DNA of 63,290 nucleotides, filler included, from Perkinsus olseni (taxonomy: Eukaryota), in the NCBI GenBank assembly GCA_013115125.1. It is 37 parts of 37 records of this genome, joined end to end, with 100 filler letters (N's around TTAATTAATTAA, not from the genome) between each part and the next. Parts side by side here need not be neighbours in the genome. Positions count along the whole stretch, not along the records: positions 48,281 to 49,868 come from JABANN010001826.1; positions 49,969 to 51,553 come from JABANN010001827.1; positions 51,654 to 53,234 come from JABANN010001828.1; positions 53,335 to 54,914 come from JABANN010001829.1; positions 55,015 to 56,593 come from JABANN010001830.1; positions 56,694 to 58,271 come from JABANN010001831.1; positions 58,372 to 59,946 come from JABANN010001832.1; positions 60,047 to 61,618 come from JABANN010001833.1; 29 more parts are not named here. One strand, given 5' to 3'. The position numbers and the translations under genes were made by a program. The stretch's first letter is position 1, and every line of letters begins with the position of its first letter. Of this stretch, positions 49,813 through 61,718 are shown piece after piece. The notes beneath the pieces were generated by a model, which made no database searches, was not told the DNA's origin, and worked only from the letters and a program-made list of their open reading frames with translations.

Positions 49813-49968
49813 CTAAAGACAGGTAAACTTTCAACGGGGCTCACGCATTCAGTTTTTAGAGTTAGGGGNNNNNNNNNNNNNNNNNNNNNNNNNNNNNNNN
49901 NNNNNNNNNNNNTTAATTAATTAANNNNNNNNNNNNNNNNNNNNNNNNNNNNNNNNNNNNNNNNNNNN

Positions 49969-50040
49969 TATCCCGAGTTCGGAAGGGACGCCCTTCCGAC
50001 TCCTCGGACTCGGGAAGAGGGGCACTTGAATAGGCCCCAG
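49969..50040 (-). mobile_element. Putative DNA-transposon terminus, same family as 3325-3396
   Basis: Reverse complement CTGGGGCCTATTCAAGTGC...cccgagtccgag. Confidence 0.6.
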
Positions 50041-50129
50041 GTTGACGCTAGGACCTGAAAAGAACCTTAAGTTCAGGTTCTGTTCAAGTTCTAACGCTTC
50101 CGTGGTCGAACGCAGTATGAGTTCATTAT

Positions 50130-50510
50130 CCACGGAATTGAAGGTGTACCTACTGCAACTGCACAAGTTGCCACTGTCCGAGGAGCGACTGCACCAGTTG
50201 ACACGAGACGAGAATAGGATGTACTAATCAATCGTGTACCAATTTGGCTGTGTACGAAGTAATTACTGTAGCAGTGGCAACTGCTCCAAGTAAAACTCAC
50301 CCGGGATAAGCATCGGCGTACTTGCCGGCCCCTTGACGCTGCGTGGAACTTTGGGAGTGGGCGTCTCTTGCTATCGATGCAGCGACGTGGCCACGTATAC
50401 CTGGCTGCATGACTATTTTGATGACCTGCTCATTGCAGTCTTCGGAAGTTCCAAGGGCCTTGGACCAAGGCACCTTCGCTTAATCGGAAATCAGCAGCGA
50501 TGAGCAGCCA
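50130..50510 (+). pseudogene. Decayed reverse-transcriptase fragment
   Basis: YFDDLLIA from 50414, with upstream remnants broken by stops. Confidence 0.35.
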
Positions 50511-51653
50511 CTACGAAAGTGAGACTCTTATGATGCAGAGGTTAAGAGGGTGAACAGCGTGTGGTAGGGGTGTAAAGTCTATCTCTTCAGCTAGACTCAC
50601 TTCCATCTCTCGATCGCATTGCCAGAGCCGCTCCAAACCCTGTTTGGCTGCTACTACTATTCAGAGTGAACAATTTTAGTAGTGTACCAGAGACTGCCTG
50701 ACTCTGTGCCCACGGGCAGCGGTCTCTGGTGTCCTACCTCCACATCAAGGGTGCAGAATGCCAGATTCAGCCTTAATAATGCAACCATTAATGCAAGTGC
50801 GAGTGCAACCATTAATAATTTTTTAGGTTTGTATGGTCGCAGTATGACAGCGGTAGTACCGCTGTCATACTGCAACCATACGAACCAAAGCAATATTAAG
50901 GTACCAATAGCGGTACCGCTGCGGTATCGCTATTGGAGCACTCTATGGCGCGTTCTGCGCGCACGCATCTTCGCTTTTTATGTGAATTTCACTCCGGCTG
51001 ATCCTCCTGTTGGAGGATTGCTACCATGAGATGATCAGTCAGTAAACCTCTACCACAAGGTCCTAGGAACCGTCAAGCTCCGCATGATTCAGAGAACTCT
51101 CCCGTTTATGGCAAGAAGCGATCGCAAAATGCAATCTCGGATAGGAATATAAGATTGCGATTCGCAATCTCCTATTCGTAGGATACTTCCTCCCAGCGAT
51201 TGCCGCGAACATTGCCCGTGATGCTAGTAATGCTCGTCGGGCAAGTGTAGTAGTTCGTGACATATGAAGCTTCCATGGATACTAATAGCGTCCCTCACGA
51301 AATTCCCATGATTGATGGTTAAGAAGTAACCGAGTTTAGTCACGAGTGGTATGGACGTTGGCATGTCGCCCGCCTACACGGGACACACTGCTGGGGTGCG
51401 ACACGGATTGTGTCGCGTCGGGCGAGCGCGTCATGGTAGCTAGCTAGTTGTTCACGTACAAAAGTGTAGGGTATGTGTAGTATTCGAAGACGCAAGACTC
51501 ACGTCTTGCTGCCTTACGCCCCCTTATATTCTACTTATTTTATGAACTATGGTNNNNNNNNNNNNNNNNNNNNNNNNNNNNNNNNNNNNNNNNNNNNTTA
51601 ATTAATTAANNNNNNNNNNNNNNNNNNNNNNNNNNNNNNNNNNNNNNNNNNNN

Positions 51654-53226
51654 GTTCCAAGAGCTTCCTCATGAATCGACGTAGGGAGACTCGATCATTT
51701 GTCAAGTAGTCGTCGATCCTGTCACGTAGCCTTTCGCTATGGAGCGCGTCGAAGATCTTGCGCTTCATGTCGCGATCAGTAGGCTCGGACCCAAGGTTGG
51801 CAAGCTCCAACCTTATACTTTCGGCACGGTCAAGTAGGGCAGCAACATCTTCCTGTAGTCCCTGTTGAAGGTTGTGCAGCAGATCTTCAGCACGCAGACG
51901 GACCTCTTCATTGTTATAGAGACTGTTCACGCGCCGAAAAAGACTCGCTAGATGGTCGGAGTAGTCCCCATGGCACATGGCCGGGGCTTCTCGCCCAGCC
52001 GTGATGTGGCGCCATACCGAATCGTCACAGTTAAGTTCCGCCCAAAGATAAGCAGCAGCATCAGGATACCCCTTCATCGTACGCTTGATGATGGCAACCC
52101 ATGTCGCGCCACTGCGACGATCTTTATGGCCCAAGAACTTGTCGGCACCCTTACGCTTCTTGGCAATGTTGTGAAGGGTGTTGAGATCGGAGAGGGAGAT
52201 CTTCTGACGACACTTAGACTTACGACATCCACAGCACCAGCCATCGAGATCGACGCGACGTTGTCGATCGGAAGTACCGATAGTGCCACGGCTCTTAAGA
52301 CGGCGATGATGACGGCGGGAACGGTCGGACTCGGATCCAGATGAAGATGCACTCGAAGAGCTCAGCGTACGACAGACCGAAGACCCAGAGTCCGAAGGAC
52401 TTGATGACAGTGACCGCGAACGCCTCGTTCGACGACGACGATGAGATCGATGGGGTGGAGATCGCTTCCTCGTTTCGGAACGATCCATCTCAGCATCCGC
52501 CGGCGTAGCTGGAACGTTCACCGGTGGAATGTTCACGGCCGACACGTCAAGACCTGGCGCCGAAGACGATGGATGCGACGGTGGAAGGTGTAGATTGTTA
52601 CGATGGTCAACACCGAAGGATGGCGTAGAAGGGAACGTCGACACAGGGTCAGGAACCACCGGAGATGTACCCGTCAAACCCACATGGTAGAGTGGCCTTT
52701 GATAACTATAGATGCTAGGAGCTTGCGCGGTCCACGGCTGACAGAATGTCGTCAACCCCGCGAAACCAGCAGTCGGAGCCAAGAGTGGATGGCCAGCAAC
52801 AACAGGGCCACTCGGGACGACATTAGCACTGGGACGATGCGGACCACCGTGGGGGAGATGATAGAGGTTGCTATCCTGATGAGGTTGACGGACAGGTATA
52901 GAGCTGGCATCACCACCGGCAGGGAGAACGCCTGCTGGGCTAGTCGGCGTTGGAGAGTTGTCCGGAGGTAGAACACCAACGGAACCGCCATGCCATGACC
53001 TTGACAAGGGGGTAGGCAGAAATAACTGATGGTTCGACAGCAGTTCCTGAGGTGGTTGAAGTGGAGGTTGATGTTGACCAGACGTAGATGCCGAGAAGGA
53101 TGGCTGTACACCACCCAGTTGAGTCTGACGTTGAGGAGGAGGAGGTTGGCGAGGATGCTGAACATTGTCGTTAATGTGAATGGTCTCGTGAATGGCATCG
53201 TCTGGAGAGGGCATCCAAGCGTCCAC
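51654..53226 (-). mobile_element. gag: LTR retrotransposon Gag with long Pro/Ser-rich N-terminus (partial)
   Basis: KFLGHKDRRS resembles FNGRSDSRS in the Gag at 46661. LQQGLQEDVAALLDR is a major-homology-like motif. Confidence 0.7.
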
Positions 53227-53334
53227 CGGGGGCGNNNNNNNNNNNNNNNNNNNNNNNNNNNNNNNNNNNNNNNNNNNNTTAATTAATTAANNNNNNNNNN
53301 NNNNNNNNNNNNNNNNNNNNNNNNNNNNNNNNNN

Positions 53335-54255
53335 GGTTAGGGAACCCTCTATCGCTGCAAAGAACCTCTCGTAAGTGTTTTGGTTCTTCCTGGGGAGAAT
53401 GGCGTAAAATAGAGGGAACATGCGGCCACAGTCAAATCGGACCATCACCGTAAATTGCTGCGACCAATGCGTCGGAGAGGTTTTGAATGTTCCATCGACA
53501 GAGATATGGAACCCTCCTCCGTCGTTCTTCATCGCGTCCTTTACCCAAGGATCCATCCAGATGATAAGACGATCCTTATCCCCTTCGCCGCTATCGAATA
53601 ACACGGTAGACCGACTCAAGCCTCCAGCATCCACGTGGGCAAATGCAGGTGGCAGAGCCGCTAGACCTTCTCGACTAGAAGGGGCCGTCGGTAGCCCGAG
53701 AGAGGCTTTTTTGGTTTTACGCAGAGTCTCATGTATCGCCTTGCGACTCGGCAGACCCATCACTGCTGCGTTGTCCATTGTTGGAGTCACCTCGTGAAAC
53801 GGCTCCATGACGCGTGCCCTCACCGGCAACTCTGCAGCCTTCTCCTTCATTTCAATGTAACCCTTCATAGAAGGCGCATCCGGATCCCCGCATGTGTGAG
53901 AACCTTTGACAGTTGCGGTGGCAAACCTCACGTCATCAGAATTACCCGTCACGAGTAGCCGAGCATTGCACTTGCGATATCCATTGCTCTTAAAGCCGCG
54001 ATACCTCTTACAGCGACAAGAAAAGGAGCCCCTTTCTCGAGCAGGTGGGCGATCGCTATTCCCAGCAGCATTCCGATGGTAGAGGTACCCTTCAAAAGCA
54101 TAAAGAGTTGTCCCCTGACGCTCTCCACGAACTATTTCCAGCCGTGGGCCCGCGGTTTCGTCAGCAGGAGACACGGGGGCCACCATGCCAGGCTGGTCCG
54201 CATCTTCATGCAGCTGAGGTGTCCCAGAGGCGTGAGGAGGCGGGGTGGTATTCAT
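53335..54255 (-). mobile_element. MULE (Mutator) transposase with FLYWCH/WRKY-type N-terminal domain (3' partial)
   Basis: FEGYLYHRN...CRC...CNARL...GSHTC, VDGTFKTSP, PLFYAILPRKNQNTYERFF. Confidence 0.9.
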
Positions 54256-55014
54256 ATTTGTGACGCAGAGGTGGGGAAATATAACTAAATCGAGTCAATG
54301 AGATTCGAACGAAGCATGCTGATCCCCCGGGCGGACTCCGCGGAATTACAGATCTGCACAACACAATCCACCACCACTGTAGCACTCCAGCTAATCCGCT
54401 CAGTGAATCGTTATCGCGATCGACAAACGCTCCCGTTCTCCTATATATTGATAAACCCAAAAAATTAGCGAAGCGATGAAGAACTGGAAGGCAAAGTGAA
54501 GCTCAGCGTATGGAACACACGCCGCTCTTTCTTCAAGAGTTACAAGCTACAGTTATTATGCTGGATTGGAGGTGAATACAAAAAAGGCTGTCGCAGCGGT
54601 GCAGGCTTTCGCGTATAAAGTCATCATCCAGAACGAAATAAAGGAAGTTTAGTTAACAGGGCTGGATGTATTTTGGATGAATATGGTGATAAATTGAGGA
54701 TGCTGCGATTAGGTTTTGATAGATGAGATCCAGCGATAGATGGATGCAATTTGTTGGGGTAATTTCCATTCTGAGAAGGCCTTGTGGATACAAACGAGGA
54801 GATAAATCGTTATAGTGAGATGATTATTGAGCGGAAGAGCCTCTTTCGAAGAGGGCACCGAGGAAGAGCAGAAAGGTTGAAATGTATCGAGAGGAGATAG
54901 ATGAAAAGAAGAACNNNNNNNNNNNNNNNNNNNNNNNNNNNNNNNNNNNNNNNNNNNNTTAATTAATTAANNNNNNNNNNNNNNNNNNNNNNNNNNNNNN
55001 NNNNNNNNNNNNNN

Positions 55015-56593
55015 TCGGAGGTGTTGATTTTCCGCAACGATAAATCGCATTCCGATGTTCTTCGAGGCTCTGCCATGAGCCATTTCTCAACCATAAAGTT
55101 GCCTGCCGACGTTCGTGCCAAGATCAAGGTAGCTGTCCGCGCCAATAGGAATACTACAGCGGGAGATCTATATGCAAAATTCGTGGCCCCAAATCCAGCC
55201 AGCTATCCGTGTGGCGAAGATGAGAGTGCTCGGGAATATCGAAAGCGTTTGAAGAAGCACGTAGGCCATATAAAGAAAGCGGAGATAAGGCAGATGAAGC
55301 AGGAGGGATTCGAGAGTGTGGAAGAATTCTCACAGACTATTGCCGAACGACATTCCTGGTCCGAGGATGACTGGGAGAGAGCCTTACAGCTACTGAGAGA
55401 TGGGAAGAGCCTGAAACCAGGCATGATCCACATTGGGAGCATGATCGGGTCTGAACACTATTGTGTTGCTGTTTGCCCCACCGCCGGTGTCGAGAGTCTC
55501 TATCATTATGCGAAGGCAGCCGCCGGCGCTAAATCTGCCATAACGATCTACTGTGATGGTCAGCCTAGCGTTGTTAGGGGCAATGACTCAACTACGTATA
55601 CCATCGGCGTGTCCAAGCTAACCTTGGGCGGTAATGCAGGAGAAGGTCAGCCGTTCACAACTAGTCTATGCCCCGTGGTGTTCTGCCTACTCGATTCCGA
55701 AAATCGAACTGCGTTGGAAAGCGCGTTCGGCTGTTTCGAAAGGCTGCTCCGAAGGGTGGTAGGTGATGTGGATATCAAGGTGGGCGGGGCCGTGGCTGAT
55801 GCCCAAGTTGCTACTATGCAAGCGCTCCAAGCTACGTTCAACAATGTGATGACACACCGCTGTCGGTGGCACCGGCAGCAAGCTATTGCGAAAGCAGATA
55901 AGCTTAATAACATAGATAGAGCCCAAGCTAAATCCATCGGTGAGATGCTCGAGCGTTCTGGCGATCCACTGGTTCACGAGGGTATTCTGAAAAGTGCCTT
56001 GGCTGACACGAAGACTTTCTCAGCGAGGTTGCGCAAGTATCTGGAGACGTCCTCGGAAGAACGCTTCGGTAAGTGTTATCTGTTACCTGTATGGTACGAC
56101 GAAGCCCGAGAACCTCACCTGTTGACGATGTCCCTTGATAATAATGTCAGCGAATCATTCAATGCTGTCGTTAAACGAAAGCTCGGCCGCCGAATGGCTT
56201 CTGGATACGAGGTGGGTCAAAGCCTATATGAGTTCCCAAATGCCCTTTCACCCTGAATTTTCAGGTATATAGCCACTTTCTAGAGATATCTACAATACTA
56301 GATGCGTACTTGGAGCGAGGAACTTTCACCAAATACGATACTGTGAGGCTTCCTCTGCTCGATAGCAGTATCAGTCGAGCTTCGACCCGCCTACCCAATT
56401 CGTCCATAAGAGTTTCGGGAGAAATGTATCTGGTGGCATCGGCTGGTCGCAGCCAACAACACCTTATGAGTAGTGATATCGAGAAATTCCAACGCCGAAA
56501 TCACCAGCTGTTGAGAGATTGGGACTCATCAGTCCTGTCCCTCTATTCTGTGAGATGGGTGTGTGAGCAATGGGTGTGCCAGTGCCTGGCTTA
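55015..56593 (+). mobile_element. MULE transposase with one intron (56212-56264) and the start of a SWIM finger
   Basis: YCDG, PVVFCLLDSE, VADA, CRWH, DNNVSESFN. Removing a 53-nt GT-AG intron joins the frame to ...WVCQC. Confidence 0.85.
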
Positions 56594-58008
56594 NNNNNNN
56601 NNNNNNNNNNNNNNNNNNNNNNNNNNNNNNNNNNNNNTTAATTAATTAANNNNNNNNNNNNNNNNNNNNNNNNNNNNNNNNNNNNNNNNNNNNGTCTCGG
56701 TCTATCTAGAACTTCCTCGTACTCCGAGATTAACCTAACAATTCCTGGCTAACCACGTTACCTTGCCGATGCTGCGCGGAACTCCCTGCTGTACAATGCT
56801 CACTTCCGAAGTTCGGACCGCAGACCGATGGGAATCTCCAATTTGGCCCATTCAGCCTCCGATAAGCTCGCCAGTACCCCGCGACCATCGAGCCACTGGT
56901 CTTTGAGATATTGTCGCCATGGTGCTTCCTCTATGAAGAGAAAAAAAGTAACCTAGCGAGACTCGTGACAACCGCGTTGTAATTCGTTGTAGGCTCTTAT
57001 TCAAGTTGACTTGAATCGTGCTAGTAAGACTACACGGATCGGGTTCGATTAGGCTCGACCTTGCTCACTCCACCGACCTTCCGGAGCTTTCCCCATTCTC
57101 CTGCATGCTTCTTCGAGGAGATCGATGCCGCTCTTTCGCAACCCCACAGTGCTCTTCTCTAACGGGCGCCCCTCCACTGAGGAGACATGAGCCACTACAT
57201 AACGGCCATGTGATGCCGAATCGAATAGCAGCCTTCAGCCGGCGTGCGTGGAGTTGACGATGATCGACCGAGGTCTACCCGCGGCGGCTCTCGGTGCTTC
57301 ATTTTCTGGTGACTGGTTACTTTTGACCGCAACCTCGCGATCTATCGGGCCTGTTCGGCAGGGGAATATGGTCGTATCTCTACTCATTGATGTTCGACCG
57401 AAGCGACTGTAACAAACTTTACCATCATCCCTTACTAGAGAATTGTTGATTCTTATCAACGTGACTATGGCTTCATAAGGGTTACGAGAAAACGTCAACT
57501 CAGCAAGTGGTGTTGTTGGGCCGGAACCCGCGCAGCGATCCGGCCGTTGACGATCCGGCGGACCGAGCATGATGAGCCCATTCAACAGTCTATGGTTGCT
57601 AACCATAGAGCTGTAGGACGAGTCTCGATTGCTGCTGTTGCACCTCGGACTTCATAATCTGGGCGGGAAGTCATCTTCCGCCACCCCGTCTGCGAATCAT
57701 CGATCAAGCAGTCTTCTATTCATCTCTGATGCAGTCGTACTCGACGACGAATGCTTACTCACAGCTCACTGCAGTAGAGTGACTGCACAGAGTTCAATAG
57801 GAAATGGTCAACGACACCTGAGCGATGCGAACCTTCGCAAGCACAATCTTAGCAGGGCACCGCGTTGATCACTCGGTCGAAGTGACTGCTTTAAACCTGC
57901 TCACGCCTTCCACCTCCATGCTGGTCGTGTTTACGCGAAAACCTGTTGGCTATGAGCTACGTGTGTGGACTCAGCGATCGCCTAGGAGGCTCAAGAAGGC
58001 CTCCTATC

Positions 58009-58082
58009 GGTCGATTAGTTCGGCTGGATAGCATATCAGCCTACGGAGGAGATGGTCGTAGGTTCGAATCATGCACCGATTA
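58009..58082 (+). pseudogene. Degenerate tRNA (Arg-ACG-like)
   Basis: A-box-like TAGTTCGGCTGG, CTACGGG loop and GGTTCGAATC B-box at tRNA spacing, but the stems are mismatched. Confidence 0.55.
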
Positions 58083-58426
58083 TATTTAGTTCTCGACCGA
58101 CATATTGCAAGGATGGCCTCGTTTGTGTTGAGCTAAGGGGATGATCGTACAGGTGGTCTTCAGAAAGGTGACGCAAGTGTAGTGACGTGTCTCTCGGTCT
58201 TCAATAACTAGCTTGACCAGAGACGTAGAATGGACGTGATTCCCATTAGAAGCACAAGGTGTCATCGACCANNNNNNNNNNNNNNNNNNNNNNNNNNNNN
58301 NNNNNNNNNNNNNNNTTAATTAATTAANNNNNNNNNNNNNNNNNNNNNNNNNNNNNNNNNNNNNNNNNNNNGTCAACACGACCCGACATGGCTGGAGAGA
58401 TGCGTCAACCAAATGTACACTGAGAC

Positions 58427-58448
58427 CTTGAGCCAAGATGGCTATGGA
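58427..58448 (-). other. Second SL-like sequence (relict leader or variant SL gene)
   Basis: TCCATAGCCATCTTGGCTCAAG is 20/22 identical to the SL at 1586. The downstream sequence is unrelated to the SL intron. Confidence 0.8.
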
Positions 58449-60048
58449 CTTAAGAGCTATCGACACTCAATACTCAAGGCTTATGATAAGTAGAACATCC
58501 CACTCTAGCGCGGGATCGGCAGACCATCTGCACGCATGTATAAAGGAAGACAATCTCTACCAAACGAACTGATCGAGCATAACCGCAAAATCGGGCAATG
58601 ATGTTTCTGAAGAATGTTATTCTGACAGTGCAGTCTTCTCAGGCTGAGAATCTCAGCTCATGATAGTGATTTTAGTGATGCCCATGATGATGCCCTTGAT
58701 GTGTGAAGCTTATGTCGAGACCTGGTTCTACGACCTGGGGATTATCGTGAAGAACCAGCCTTCGATTCGCGTTTTTGGGTACGACGGTTACTCTTGGGTG
58801 AACATGGCCGATGGTTCGCCTGCGAAAGGCAGCGCTCTCTTTGGGTGCTTCATTCTCGAATCATTCCTGATGTTCAGATGACATGAAGAGGCTGCTTAAC
58901 TAAACGGTGCGAGAATAGGCTGTGAAAGGCTGGGATTCCACCTTGATTCTCTCTATTATGTAATGACTGTTGCTCTTCGATGTAAACCACCCTAGGGGGC
59001 CTCATGTATCGCTCCCCACAGATACTCTCCACACAAGCTGTGGCTACACAGGATACGCACTAACAGAGTGGCTGATGTTGATAATCATTGAATATTGTTA
59101 TCATCTTGTTATAATTCAACTAAAAATCTTGTGTTAAACAATGACTACCGGTTTAGACATGGGAGCACCTTACAACGGCAAGGTTGATGCTGAGCATTAG
59201 CCTTCAGTTAGTGTTTCGCATATGAGTTTTTTGTAGTTCCCTGACATACTAACAACTAATTGTAAAGTCAGTCTTTTGTGGCAGGAGGGCGGATGCTGGG
59301 GTAGAGCCACACCACAATCTTAATGAGTAGCCTTACGACAAATTGTATGCGTACAGCATATTATTAGAAGTAGATCTATTCTTTTATAGCGTAGACAACT
59401 ATTGCACGCATACACAAGGTACGACCCCTTCGTGGCCTATTATTACCAGTGGGCTTGACCACCTGATTGGGACACACCCTTGCTTGGGGCTTGACGGTAT
59501 TCACAATCCGTGAACCGGATCGAAAGTGTTTGGCACTTTAGTATACAAAGCATCAGACTGAAGTTTACTAGCTTAGTGTGTACCATTTTTGAGCGTACAA
59601 GGCTGCACGAATTTCTTGTGTGCGAGATATTAGTGGAAAAGATCTATTAGTGTACGAACTCATAGTGGCAAGTGCGGATCTCCGCGATGACTCCCACAGG
59701 AGTGTCCTAAGATTTCTGTGTACGAGATTTATGTTTATGAGTGATTATACACTCTGACGGCGGGCCTGCCGCCCTTTACTGGAGCAAGAAAGTGGCACGT
59801 GGCCCCGGTCCTGGTCCTCGAGTGCCGAGGATAAGGCGTCGTGTAGCACTAACGGCAATAACTCTAACCAATGACCGCGGCGGGGCTCTCAGCCTGTAGT
59901 ATGTGGTGCCAGGTAACCGTAGTCTACGGTGCGCTGTTCGTGTCGCNNNNNNNNNNNNNNNNNNNNNNNNNNNNNNNNNNNNNNNNNNNNTTAATTAATT
60001 AANNNNNNNNNNNNNNNNNNNNNNNNNNNNNNNNNNNNNNNNNNNNGC

Positions 60049-61618
60049 GCGGCCATCCTACTTGCTGTCGATGACTGCATTGGCCTCCTCGAGGGACGTG
60101 TTATCGTGATCGTCGACAATCAGAACGTACAGAAGGAATGGCGAAGCTTTGCTAACGACTTCACCGGTCCCTTTCTTCACAAATGGGAACAATTCCTTCG
60201 CGTCGTTCATGATGTCTGCTGGTCTCCGAGGGACACTTCTCCCGTCTGGCCCGATGCTCTCGCACGAGCCATCTCCGTTTACGGGGAGGAGAGAGAGGAT
60301 TGTGACGTGCCCGATAACTCTGGCGACAAGGTCGTTTGCCATGCCGTTGATGCCGCCGATGACACCTCTTCCACCTCTAACGCTGAGCACAGTCTTGACG
60401 ATGCACTGAAGCATATTGTCCCCGTTCAACTTCTGCGCCGATCTTTCGATGCTTGGCATGGTCGGACAACCTTCCAAGAAGTGGGGTTGATCCCAGTCGA
60501 CCCCGCGGCTGCTCGTTCATGGCTCGAGAACGCTCAGTCCAACGACCCTACCTGCCAGAGGCTCGCCAGTCTCCCTCACTCTCAGTTCACCACTGACGAG
60601 AACGGCCTATTACGGTATGGTCTTCGCTACGTACTACCACAGAGATTCGCCTACTCTATCATCGAGGAAGTTCACATCTCTCTCGGTCACTGCCCAGTCA
60701 AGCAGACCCATGATAGCGTGGTGAAGGCCTTCTACATCCCCGGTTTGTCCCGACATGTTCAACACGTGGTGTCCAGATGTGTCTGTCAATTCTCTGCTGG
60801 TCGTCGTGGCAACATCAACCCCGTTGGTCCGCCGTTGAGAAGCACCTCGAGGCCCATGAAGATACTCGACTGCTGCTTCCTTGACATCGTTGGTCCCCTG
60901 CCTGTGTCGCGGTCCTTCTCCCATCCGTTCAAGTTCATCATATCATGTATGGACTGTTGTAGCGGCTACTGTTGGTTCTGGCCAACACCCGACATCAGCA
61001 GCAAGACCATCACCGGCATCCTTGAGACCAGATTGATCGACCAGGTCGGAGCTCCGAAGATCTTCACCGTCGACAACGCCCGGTACTTTACCGGAGTCTA
61101 CTTCCGTGGGTGGGTCGCCAGTGTCGGTGCTACCTTGAGGACCATCCCGGTGGCTGCTCCCCATCGGAATGCGTTGCTCGAAAGGCAGCACTCCAGCCTC
61201 AAGCGGTCGTTAAAAGCTCTCTGTGCTGAACATCCCGAATTGTGGCCGGCATATGTTACTAAGGCTCAGCGAAGGATCAACACTCGCTCTACTTACGGTC
61301 ACACTCCTCAAGAATTATTCTACGGCTTCGACTCTGTGACCCCTTTTAGGAGAAGATTCGAGGATGTCAGCGACACCATTGATGAGGACACCGTCCGCTT
61401 CGAAGCCCGACGCCGTGACCGTGAACGACAGAAGATGATCGACAGTACGATGAACGTTATGGAAAAGATGCGTGGGGATGCTCTCTCTCGCATTGATCCA
61501 TCAACCTACTCTCGTCAAGCGGCACGGCGACGTCTGTTCAAGGTTGGTGACTCTGTGATGAAATGGGTTCGTAATACTGATCCGCTTACCCCTTCGTGGA
61601 AAGGCCCACTGCGAGTCC
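60049..61618 (+). mobile_element. pol: Gypsy-like pol fragment (RNaseH plus integrase)
   Basis: VIVDNQ, PDALAR, HISLGH...CVC, FLDIVGP / VDNA / LLERQH. Confidence 0.9.
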
Positions 61619-61718
61619 NNNNNNNNNNNNNNNNNNNNNNNNNNNNNNNNNNNNNNNNNNNNTTAATTAATTAANNNNNNNNNNNNNNNNNNNNNNNNNN
61701 NNNNNNNNNNNNNNNNNN

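Noticed and set aside
59916-59930. ACCGTAG, the start of the SL sequence
   Set aside because: Only 7 nt match, and it is one arm of the small palindrome accgtag-t-ctacggt.
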